Part shown: in pieces, positions 25,078-37,081 of the stretch | Layout of the letters: each line of letters opens with the position of its first letter | How positions within the stretch are numbered: the first letter of the stretch is position 1 | Origin: Perkinsus olseni | Taxonomy: Eukaryota | NCBI GenBank assembly: GCA_013115125.1 | Contig: JABANN010000056.1 | Span: forward strand, 1 to 64,000 | Direction of reading: 5' to 3' | DNA: 64,000 nt | Program-made: the position numbers and the translations under genes | Notes under the pieces: generated by a model | The model's database searches: none | What the model was told of the DNA's origin: nothing | The model's input: the letters and a program-made list of their open reading frames with translations, nothing else

Positions 25078-28000
25078 ATGCGGCATCTATCATTCACCTT
25101 TGGTCTACTCCTGAGTCTGCAGCGCTACGACGAGGTGTTAGGGCCGTCGGTGAAGGTAAGCGATTTGCCTAAGACACTATTGTGATGCTGGTCCGACTCA
25201 GAAAGCCGCCAACTCCCTGCGCAAATCCCTAGGCAGAACCATAGGCAGGTCTCTGCGTTCGCTGAGGTCTAGAACAAGATCAAAAGCTCAGGTGATGACA
25301 GCGTCCTGAATGTCGTCACTCATCGAATTTTTAAGTGCTTCTAGTCAGGCAGTGGAGCCCGAGCCCGACACCTGTGCTGCCTCTTACACTATCAACTCAA
25401 CGGTTGGCCCGAACTCCTACTACTTGCAGCTCACCTCGGACCGTACCCGCATCGAAATGTTCCAATTTGGCACGTAAGGAAGGGGCCCCAGTATCTCAAC
25501 ATTTCGTCCGGAGTGGATGCTGAGCAGCGGTCCGAAAAAGGCCGACGTTTTCGAGAGTCTTTAAGGATATATAATTACGTGCCGTCGTTAGTTACGACGC
25601 ATTGCCAATAGAAGAGAACCCCAATGTTGTCGTTATCGACCCGCAGCCGGAAGGATGTCTTCAAGCGTTCGAGAGCATCTTGAAAATGGGCGTTCATATC
25701 GGAGAGCATCGGACAGCTTCAACGGCCAACTGCGAGATGAAGCGTCTCATCTCACCGGAGGTGGCCATGAAGCGACTTGAGGCCATCCGCTCCACTCCGT
25801 ACAACAATCGCTTTATGCTGTTCGATCTGTCCGAGCACGACTCACTGTGCCCAATAATAGAGGACTTATACAACGAAGTCGAGGAGGTTCTCACGGGCAA
25901 GAGGGCCGTCGTTCGCTCGGTGAGTCCCCTTGTTCGCCCACCCATCGATGTCATCCATCCGTTGCTGATCAGTTTCCACTCCGGCGATGCGTTCTTCATG
26001 GTACTGGCGATGCAGGAGACTTCCATATCGTATTAGATCCAAATGAGGGTCGGCTACTGAGCTTCCGGAAAGATTTGTAGGCTTTTCCACGACGCGTCTA
26101 CCACTCGCTCGATTGATGCCCTCTCTTCAGTACCATGATCGTCCCCTCACTTGTGTCGGAAGATGCAGGAAGAGCTTCCACTGTGATCAGAAGCGCTAGC
26201 GAATCTACGAAGAACGGCAAACTTCGAAGCTGCGAGGATGCTATAAATGAATATATCATTAATGGCACACAGTACTCCCTTTCCCCCAAGGGCAGCACCA
26301 TGAGATGGTTATGCGGCGATGCAGAGAAAACAGCCTTGAACGGCAAACACCCGACTATGGTTGTGTCGGCTGAGAAGGCCCGTAAGGGACAGACCTCCAC
26401 CCAATTCCGAGCCCATAAGTGTGCGTTAGCAGCACTTAATTTTGCATTCAAGAACATGTACGGGAAAGAAACCGCCATCGATTTGCGGGAGGTAGGCCGT
26501 CTCCTCTAGTCTCTGTGATTCTAATAACAAAGTCTGGAATGTAGTACCTCTCAGGGGCTAGATACAGAGACCTGCGAGTTTACTTACAAAGTTACGGGTC
26601 CGCCGGATAATTTGAAGGGACCTTTACGTTTGGGCTATTACCCGGGGAGCATCAACATGATCAGCGATGGAAGGTAAACTCTGATTCTCCATATTCTACG
26701 CGCATAGCTTCGCACTCTCGCAATAGGAAGATCTGTAACTTCCGCGATTCTGCTGCTGATTCCTGTTTAGAATGAGATTACTCTTCAAGAGATCATTCAC
26801 GCCTACAGTGGAAGTGCGCGATGAGTTCGATAGAATAATCACAATGCCTTACATCAAGGACTGCCCTATGGCGATGGCTACTCTCTTGAGGATCGGATAT
26901 CTCCGGCATCGCGCTAAGGACGAGCTAGTTGTTCCGGATCATGGACAAAGGATGCTGGCGACCCTCACTGCTATGAGAACCACGCCTGATGGATCTCACG
27001 CCGTTGATGACAAAGCGTTGGACTTTCAAATACTCCAGGATATACACAAGTGTATGCTATCTCTGTATAGCCTCTTCGCGGAAAAAGCATCGGCAAATCC
27101 TTCAAGAGCAGACTCCATGGATGAAGTAGCCTTCTGATGTCACGCCCGCCACGTCGATTCCGTATTGTCGTTTGCAGGGCACTCAGTGCAGTCTGCACAA
27201 GATGGTGGATACCTCTCCGGCTGGAGTCATCCTACATCTGGATATCGCGCAGAACAATCAGGCCTTCCTCGCAGTATCCATCCTCTCTCGACATAAACTT
27301 CCATCACGGTAAGAGAGCGAACTTATCGCCAACAAACCGGTTTCGTAGTTAACTGATGCGTTGGAAGCACAGAGCTGATTACTGACGGTATTCTTCATGT
27401 CTCACCTCGAACCCTTCAGGATCAACATACCTCTTTCGTCTGTCATCCCGAACCTAAGTTCGCATATTTCGTCGACTTCCGCCACCACCAAGGCTGGGTC
27501 CTGTGAGAACAAGCTTGTTACGATCTTGGCCGCTTCGTGGAATTACCTCGTGGAATCAATGCCAGAGCCACGCCGGACGCAGCTGCTCTTCGACGAATTA
27601 CGAGGATTCGCTCACCAGCAACTCGCAAATGAAGCGAGAAATGACTGGGCTCGGCTGGATTGGAAGGCTCGTCGACCAACTGCATTCCAACCACTTGACT
27701 CGGATTTGACCACGGACGTTATCTTCGGTCTCACTCAGCGATTGACCAGAAATGAGGAATCTCTACAGGAGCTCGGAAAAATGAGTGCAATGGTAGGAAA
27801 ATTGCTGGTTGCTTTTCGGTACGTAGTCGACTATCTTGCAGAACCTTGCCCGGGACCCCAGGAATCCGCGTTGCGAACTGCGAATGAAGGACAGTGAAGG
27901 AGGCTACCGCGTCGGTCTCGACCGTTCTTTCAGGCTAGCATTTGTTGGACTCGAAGGGTACGTCCTCGAATTCATGCTGCCATCAGTTAGGATGCGGGCG

Positions 28001-28399
28001 TGCTGCAGGTCCGTAATGGTGAATGTGGATAAAATCGAGCAGGATCTGAAATCAGTTGGGTGGTATAGCCGCTGGGACACAAGCTCTCCTCCTGGAAGAA
28101 CGGCCTCACAGAGTAGCTCAGAGGCAAGTGAGGATTTGATGGGCCATGGGACACCGAGCGGGAAGAACACAGCAGAGCTCTGCAAACTTGCTTTTGTCTA
28201 CTATCTTGAGACGACTCGGCTGCTACCAGCCGCAGCCAAATACATTAAAGAGCTGCCAAGAGGAAGCCCTGGTTTTGTTAATCTTGAGGGTATCATTGAG
28301 CGCGAGGCTGGACGTTACTACGTGGCTGCAAGCTCAGCTCTGGGGAGGCTTCTAACTGTGCTCGGGAAGGTGGCCAAAGAGATGCTCGCTGACGAGTAA
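25078..28399 (+). CDS. Secreted modular protein, 5 modules (cluster member B)
   Basis: N-terminus MRHLSFTFGLLLSLQ is signal-like. Basic exon KAANSLRKSLGRTIGRSLRSLRSR. Cys-helix motifs at 25656, 26231, 26862, 27502, 28181. Confidence 0.7.
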
Positions 28400-28813
28400 G
28401 TCTCACGCTAGATGTTCAGCCTGCTCGTTTCTGATTACCGTGATTGACCCGTGTGTTTCTGCTGATAGGGACGGCGACTACGCGATACCTCGACCGAGTT
28501 CTTGGGTTGGAGACGGCTAAGACCTCTCTAGCTCATTAATGATTATCCTCATATCATATGTATCACATAGCTGTATGCAGAGTGGCCCGACTGATCGATC
28601 CGTGAGCTCCATGTCATGAGCTGAGGATAACCAGTTGTGTGCTGTTCTTGTAATTTATCAATCTACCGTGTGTACACTCAAGTGTCTACATCTCTTGCTT
28701 TGTCACATACACAGGGGGTAGTTTACCTGAGATAATTGTTCCATCGGGAATCCACGAACAAGGGGGCCATTGAAAGGAGTGATACTCATAGGCAGTACTT
28801 CAGTACTTCCGCG

Positions 28814-29857
28814 ATGCAATTCACCTTCTTGAATATCATCTTCATTGGAATCCTGGCTGCGATTGAATCTGAAGCGGCCGCTCTGAGGAAGGGGGCCCAG
28901 GTAAGACGCGGGAACTCGCGGACCGCGGCCGGGGCGATATCATTCGAAACACCGCGAGTCGCGGTGTTTCGAATGATATCGCCCATGGAGAAGCACCGCC
29001 AATGCATTGCACCAGTATTGGTGAGAGAAAGGCGTATAGGAATACTCCGTAAGAAGGTGAACGGCTTGGCGAGTCTGAAGTCGAACTCTGAGCAGAGTCT
29101 CGGCTCCCTCGAAGGGACTGAGCCAGAGTTTCGTTGCGATAGCATGCCATTGCCGTTTGGACTCGGAAGCCCCGGCCGACCTCTCTCTTTTCAGCGATTG
29201 AGTAAGACATTTAAGCGCTTAAGTGGCAACAAGGATGGAGAAAAAAGACCTTCGTCTCACGAGACGGGCAAGGTGCGTCAAAACACTGATGGCAGCGCGG
29301 AACTACGCCTCCCCGCTTCTATATTCAGCCCGTATGCGCCTTGCTTATGGATAAATCGTCTAACCAACCTGCTATCTATCTTGAACTCACGCCGACTTTA
29401 GACGGAATACAGAGAATGGAGAGAGCTGAGTAGGCTGATCCCAGAGAACTGGAGGGTCGAGTCAGTTTCAAGTGATGAATTTTTCAGGAAAGTTTTGGAA
29501 CGCCCTTCGGAAGGCGAGCTGAGTTCGTCGTGGAACATACCAGAGGAAAATAGAGTCGATTGCGGTGCGGCATTGGGCCACGTTCTTTCGACCGCTTCCA
29601 AAGACTTGACCAGCAGGGAGACATTCCGCGTAGATAATGCCATGGATCCTGCCCAGAGGATTTCGCGCGTCCTATCGGGCTACAAAAACCCGGGCGTCAT
29701 CGACCTGACATACAGCACGTTCATGAGACCGGCGCTGGATGCCCTCTTCGAACAGCTCGGAGGAACCGTGGACGATGGAAGAATGCCAGAAGTCTCGATT
29801 GAGCCCCCGAGGGCTCAACGGACGGCCGAGACTGAGCCGGAAGGAGATGTCGTGTAA
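28814..29857 (+). CDS. Secreted single-module protein (cluster member C)
   Basis: Signal peptide MQFTFLNIIFIGILAAIESEA then AALRK. Contains WNIPEENRVDCGAALGHVLSTAS...DLTYSTFMRPALDALFEQLGG. Confidence 0.7.
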
Positions 29858-30329
29858 TCGTTTCGACTGACGTTTGAACGTTCGCTGAATTCGTTGGTAG
29901 AAGGAATAAGTACGCTTAGAAGTTCGGTTGTCGTAATCTGAAGCTAGATCCCCGTTGTAAAGGCTTTACACTGTTTATCATGATGTATGCCATGTGCTGT
30001 CGCTGTGTGTACTTCGCGTGACTCTTGTGCTACTAATAAAGCGGGCCTTGGAGCAACGCTCCCGATTAGAGATTGAAGCCACTCTGATGCCACCCACCTC
30101 TGCAGTAGCTCTCCCTCATGTCAAAACCGCTTCTAAAAGCATTCGTGCTCCTCTCCCTCCTTGGACCATTCGAGCTTAGCAGTGGATCCAAGCCGAAAAA
30201 AGTGAGACTGTAACTCTCTACGGGCTACACGAAGTACCATCACACTTTTCCGAACCGAGCCTAGTTCCAAAATTACGATGAACGCTATTAATGATTCGCA
30301 TACGGCGTCAAGTTGGTTGATCGGTGCAG

Positions 30330-32845
30330 ATTGGTGTTTGGAAGAATAATGAAAGCATTCTGTCTCAGGGTTCGCGCGGCAGCCGAGGCAATAAAAACGT
30401 GAGCCCCGATGTTCATCCGATCTGCAAGAACATCAACAAGATGTTCTTCCCTCTCATTCATGCCGAACCCGGGCCGTGATGACGATGAATAGTGGTGTTC
30501 TGGGTGCTCAGGTCCCCAGGAAATGTGGACTGCGTCTAATAGGACCAACTGACTTTTACCTCGAGCTTGCCCCAGATTATCAAAGGATAGAGATTTTCCG
30601 CAGGAACGAGTAGGTGCTCTCCTATCACGCTCATCGAGACCCTTTGCCATTACGAGGCATGGTTTTTGTTGACAGGCTGAGGCTTATACCCACGGATTAC
30701 CTCACAGATCGCTCAGTATTCTCATTGTCTAAGCATCAGAAAAAGTGCGAGCAGGCCTTGAGCACCTACCTACATAGAGGTGTTGACCTGGACAAGACTG
30801 TTCCCAAACCTGGACCTATGCACCTCCCGCCGGAGACACCAGAGCACAAGAGAAAAACAGTGTCTACCACTTTGAAGAGGCTAGACCGTGGAAAAAATGG
30901 GATATTCAAAGCAGTTGAATCGGAATTTCTTGACCACCTTCTTGGCATCTTGTTCGAAGAAGCCAGTGGAACGATCCTGGAACAAGGGAAATCTATCTCC
31001 GCGGTATGCCTTCCAATTCGGCGCGTAGGTGGTTGAAATCACTGAACTCCTCGCAGGTAATTGCCCCCAATGCACATTCTCTAGTATACAAGTTCAACCA
31101 GATCGTGTGTGGAGGTGACGCAAAGAATGAATGGATCCCGGCTGAATACCGCCTCCAGTGTCGAGCGGATTCCAACCATATTGAAAGCCTAAGTGACGGC
31201 ATGTAAGCCGGTCCAGCACCCTTTTCTCAGATCACAACTCTGCTATGTCAGACTCTCGCTGTATCCAGGACCCTTCTGGGGAGTAGAAGAGAGCCGCAGA
31301 TTCAGGTTGACTGACGGCGGCGGTCAGGGAGAAAGATGCTGCTGCGATGAAACCTTAGCTCGGTGGCTCCATTCTGCGAGCGAGCTCGAGACTGGTCATT
31401 CGACTCCTTATTCCGAAGAGGAGATCCGGCAAACTGTGGAAGGGTTGGCTGAACACGACGACAGTGCAGTGAATACCGGTATATTAAAGGAATGGGAGTC
31501 AAGTCTGGAAGTCCTGTACAGGAAGATCTCCAACTCTATGAAAGAGGGATCCATCTCTGGATACTTCATGAGATCCGTAAGACTCCTACTTGTGTGGTAT
31601 CTACTCCAGACGATCGCCTTCGGCTCTCGAGTGTTGTCATTCCCGCTCAGGACCTCGATTGTATCGCTCGATTCTCATCCCATTCGAACCAACACAGATT
31701 TAACGGCCATTACGGGCTTGCCGTGAAGAAAAATGGCTTCATTGAGGCTTACTTTTCCAGCGAGGATGACGTCAATTTCCTAAAGCCGTGAGTACGCTTC
31801 TGAGACTCTGTCAACCGGCCGAGCATGCCACACAACTCGGACTGGAACATTACCGACTAGAGCGCACCTGGCCTAGCTTTTCAGATTGGTCCAGCAATCG
31901 TGGGGAATCTACGTACTTCTTCCGAGTTCATCCCCTCGAGAAAGCGGGAAAGCCGACAGCTGTCAGAAGAAGCTCATAGAAACGCTGAAAAGCCGTTCAA
32001 GCAACGCGACAAGGCCTCAAACACCTTTCGGCTTAGCTCGGTACGGAGCAAAGCAATTGGAGCTGGAGCCCGCATGGAAGGCGATTTCATCTTGGGAAAA
32101 TGATCCAAGGCTATATCAACTTCATCCGAGTAGTTTAGCTAGCAAGCTCATAGTGCAGACCATGGAGGCCATGGAAGTTGACCCTGATCGGAAGAAACAT
32201 TTGCGAATACAACGACAGGTTTTAATGCGTGTAAGCATGCTGAGTAGCTTCTCTCGAAAACACACTTCGGGCTCCGGCTTTGCGGCATTCCACTTCGGTT
32301 CCACTTCCCTCCACCTTCGTTCAACGTCGGGCGCCCTTCAGGACGACACTGTATGTCACTTCACCGCGTTCGGCCGATCTGGGCAGCAATATGCCCTTGG
32401 ACTCAACCAATCATTCGGTATCAACTACATTCATGGAGAGGAGTAAGACTCGAAACGTCACGCTCTAGTGGAAGGCTCCCTATGCTACGCATTCATCATG
32501 ATGGCTTCCTCGCTTAGGATGAGATTCTATAAGCCAGAGGGATCCATGGCAGAGCTGCAAAAACTATTGGTATTCCCTCGGCTGGGGATTAGCAATGTCA
32601 CGACGACATCAGAACTGTGCAAGCAAGTTTACATAGCGTATTTGATTGCCGCTGCTGCTGCTACGTCAACAAGTAGCGAACGATTTCCTACGCTCGACCC
32701 CGAGTCGTGCAAGGAGGAGTCCGAGCGACGGTTCACCACCACCAGCCTAGATTTCGCTCTTGAAATGAAAAAGCTCATCTCCATTGCTCGCAAAGTAAGG
32801 GAGAATTTACACAAATTCGGGTATGACTCACAAATTCCTCCTTGA
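30330..32845 (+). CDS. Modular protein, 4 modules (cluster member D), 5' end unresolved
   Basis: Cys-helix motifs KCEQALSTYL (30746), CCDETLARWL (about 31340), SCQKKLIETL (31961), LCKQVYIAYL (32618). Shares the SDG intron with B and E. Confidence 0.65.
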
Positions 32846-33325
32846 TACACCTTCTCAGTTCGAGGCATGCTTTTTTGTTGTTGCTCAGGTGGACACATTC
32901 TTGCTCGAAGATTATTCAGAGCCGAAGGCCCTTCTCTCCCCTCTGTGAATCAGCGAGGAATACCGAACTTATCTACTCGCATTGTCATTGCTGTATCTTA
33001 CTTCTTGCTGATGTCCACAAGACTTAAAGATTGCGTTCGTGGGTCCTGGGATTTGCAAAGCTCCTGGTACGAGCTCTGATCGGCAAGCTTCCATTGGGTC
33101 CAGCGGAACTCTGGGAATCGCCCTGTTGGGGATTCTCTAATCGCAATATGAAGGTCACAGGCCTGAGAGCGTGAAAACCTCTCAATGCTCTCGCCTATCG
33201 ATCAGAAGGGACATTGCGAGTTGAGCCGACGGTCGCAATCCCACCTATCCACGACTTGGCTTGCACGCCGTGTTTCTTCGTGATTCTCATCAACTACTGT
33301 TTCACAGGGCCATTTTTAGTCCGGG

Positions 33326-36300
33326 ATGTATTTTGGCCTCACCCTCATCTTCAGCATCCTAATGCTCAGTGATGGGCTACAGAGTCTCAGGGTAGGCCAG
33401 GTGGGGCGAGGTGGAGGTGGTGGTTGCATGTAGCCACATCGGGCGCTGATACCATCAAGGTGGCCTTCCAGAGTTCGTCACGTATCCTGTTTCGTTTTCA
33501 GAGCCTCTTCAGTCGGCGAAGAAAGGTAAGACGGGGGTTCTCAGCCCGCGGATCCTGCGTCATTATACTCATCCAAGAAGGTCAACATGCATATTCCCCT
33601 TGGTTCCCAAATCAGTCTCTGGAGTCTCTGCATCGTCGCTCAACCTTCCACTAGCAGGGTGCGAGGATGCTTCGAAACCTCGTGAAACGTCTCCCTCTGC
33701 CCTCATTCGAGATGCGAACGTTCATTGCGAGAGCAGCGTGGATATGAGGTTGTTGCGTGATCAGAGCTCTCTACCTAAGGAGCCTGAAGCTAGATGCTCA
33801 TTGAAGTACTCTGCGGCTGGTAGAAACTCTTATTATCTAGAGTTCACTGATGACAAGAGGGATGTACGAATGTTTAGAAGGAACGAGTAAGCTCGCAAAT
33901 TGAATTAAGCCTGTTGATTCGAGGTGTATCGAGCCACGTCCCACTTACGATCAACTTGGGATCTTGGTCATTTAGATTTTCCCGTCCCAACAGGGCGAAA
34001 GAATCCGCTGTGCGAAGACTCGTAACGTCGTTGTTGTAGGTGGAGGCTGATCAAAACCGTGCAATCCCTATTGGGGCGGTCTCTCGATAGCTCCAGCAAG
34101 CAGCCTCGAAATTGCAAAGAGGCGATCTACGGATATTTGATAAGAACAATTGGAGGCAAACAACTCGGGTCGAAGTCAGCGAGTCTTCGGAGGTCCATGA
34201 GAGTGAAAATTGACGAGTCGATCGTCAGTGTCCGCGAGTTAGAGAAGGCCAAGCAAGGCGATAATTTATTTGACTTCACAACGGAGAACGCAGCCTTGGA
34301 GAGAGTTCTAGATACTGAGTTCTCCGCGACCCAATCGGAGAGTAGCGATGACTGGGTGGAGGTGAAAACGGTAGGAGGGAGACGTGAGCAACAACTAGCA
34401 CGTTCTGATGTCAATCACTGTTTACTCCAATTTTCGACCAGTCCTCAGTAGTGCAGAGTCTGCACCTTCCATGATCGAACCACCTTCCGTTGCGTGAATC
34501 TCATCCCACTACAAGGAATCGATTGAGCTCACGCTTGACTACGAAAGCGAAGAAATTTCACTTGATTCCTTGCTGAACCGCTGTTCTTTGCAGACATTCG
34601 ATAATACTGACTGTGCCCTGAACTACGAGTACCGATCTGACAACCTCGACGAGGAGGGTGAGCCGTTATATATCCACTACACTTTCGAATACGACGCCAC
34701 AAGGAGGCAAATAAGGATGATCAGCGATGGAGAGTGAGATTCTAGCTCCGTTCATCGATCTACACGGCAATAGACGCTCCGGTTGGATATGCCCTAGAGG
34801 TGGCATTCTGCCTCAGGCTCAATTTGTATCCTACATCGAAGCTTGAACTCGACGGCATTTCGGAGCCACCACAAGAGGCAGATCACGACCTTCTTGATGT
34901 CTGTCTGAAAGGGATGAGTGAGCACCTTGGCTTCGGCTTCTCTCTTACCGAAAGTATCACTGATAATCATGAATGGGCCAATGGGCGGAAAACGTTGATT
35001 GCCCTCGACAACGGGGAGGATAGAGGCGTCGACGGCAAACTCCTAATTCAATGGAGAGAACAACTCGATAGGCTGTACGAAGATACACGGGAGCAAATAT
35101 CAACTGATGAGGAGAAAGGATATGGCCAGCGCGCAGTGAGTGGAGCGCACTGCCTTCTACCGTCGGGTGTTCGACTTATCCTCTGCTGTCATTCGCTCGC
35201 TCTCCGAATGACTAGTCGATTGAATATTACTAGAATGACCAATGGCTATTCAAGAAGCGCCTAGAAGATGTTAATACCTCCTCAGGACTTCGAATGCAGT
35301 ATCAGGATCAAGCCCATCCCTATGGGTGCTTCACCGGAATACGCCTTCTATGAGATGGCCATAACACGCGACGACTTCCAGAACGGTTATTTTACGCATC
35401 ATTGCCACGGCTCAGATTGCGCGATGCACCCGTAAGAACAGCGCTGATCTTTCTCGATGGAGATGGCGAGGACGCTTGAAGTGTTGCTGCTTCTCAGTGC
35501 TGTGGTTACACCATTACGCCCTCACTCCTCCAATCCAAGCAATAACAATGCCTCGGAGGAAGAAGTCCCACAAAGCTGTCGCAGTCAACTGGTTGACCTG
35601 GTCACGCGATCTGTTCGGTATCTTGACACCGGCAGAAGAGAAAGAATCTACCGAAAACTGTCTCTGCTGGTGTGGAAACAAATAGAAATGGAGTCGCGAG
35701 ATGGGTCGTGGAAGGCAATGGGAGACCAGAAAGAACCACGGCTATACTTGGTGGAGAAGTCCTCACTGACAGCCGATATACTCATTGAAAATATGTATAC
35801 AAGCACCCCGGACATAGACGACAGCATCAAACTGTTTCGTCATTTGAAAGATGTAAATGATAAGCGGCTAGGACTGTCGTCGATTAGGCTGGGACTTCTC
35901 CTGTACATGCCGGCGTTCCGTGACTTCTCTTAGCTTCCTAAACCTGCTGGGAAATTAATCGTTAACCTGTTAGCCCCTTCACTTGTCTACGGTGTTTCAG
36001 GGCTCGGGACTTTGCCGTCTGACTATTGAGGGCGAGAATGTTCTTCCGGAAGAGGGAGGCTCTGGCCGCCTCAGGCATACACTCCAGCTGAGCAAAAAGT
36101 TCCGAATCAACAAAATAACCACCACACGGTAGGCTCTGGAATGCCTGCAGTTATAGAGGGATCATCGTTACTAAGCGCGATGGAGATATACATGGAGATA
36201 TGTACACTGTCCGGATCCTCCACGGTCGATTTACAAGCCTTCTTTTCAGGGGCAGCTTGTACGAGCTCCGCGATATATGGAGGGACATCAAGAATCGCTT

Positions 36301-36736
36301 TCCAGACCCCGCAATACACAAAGGAATCGATCCGAGCTCGACTGAAATGTTGTGCAAGACTGCGCTCTACGACTATTTGCTCGCTGCTCAACGCTTCGCG
36401 CGGGCCGAAGGAGCGTGTAACACCGAGAGCCCGGCACTGGAGACCCTAACCTCGGACGACTTGGAACTGATAAAGACGAAAGGGGTCCAGGAGGGCTGCT
36501 ATGAGTTTACTGTGGAGAACGGCACCTCACTCGGCGAGTGGTTCAGGCAGCTTGGAGATATCGCTGAAGAGCGGAAGGTAGTGCAAGCATCACGCTAGCA
36601 TGAGCCCGAATGGACACGCAACTCCTTTTAGGCCGAACCTGATTATCAGGACGCCTGGAATGATGACTTAATCAAAAAACTGACTGGAGAGACGGAAACC
36701 CCCTTCCAAGTCACAACTGACCCAGCGCCACAATAA
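33326..36736 (+). CDS. Secreted modular protein, 4 modules (cluster member E)
   Basis: Signal peptide MYFGLTLIFSILMLSDG then LQSLR. Motifs NCKEAIYGYL (34113), SCRSQLVDLV (35577), LCKTALYDYL (36353). Last exon ends ...TTDPAPQ*. Confidence 0.7.
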
Positions 36737-36878
36737 TGCCCATATCCCATCAGTCTATCATCAGTTGTCTATGAAGCGTCCTGTTTTGCTGTGATGTACT
36801 TGTATGAACAGAATCCGCCTAGCGTTGAAAAGTCGAGCAACTCTCACGGGCATTCTATAGTAGCAGCAAATGCGTAAG

Positions 36879-36901
36879 TTACGCTGCGTTTCGCAGCGTA
36901 A
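36879..36901. other. Perfect 10-bp inverted repeat (hairpin) at a convergent strand switch
   Basis: ttacgctgcg-ttt-cgcagcgtaa. Confidence 0.6.
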
Positions 36902-37081
36902 GAGACACAAGTGGAGACACGAGTCAGATAATACATCGATGCTAGTCTGACTGAGCCGTACTGTCGGCGTTGGACTTTAAACACACGCACGCGCACGAGT
37001 GGGGAGTACCAGAGTCAGTCGATTGGTGACGCAACAATAATGCAACTGAAAAGTCGGTTGAAATGCGCAATAATTGATACA

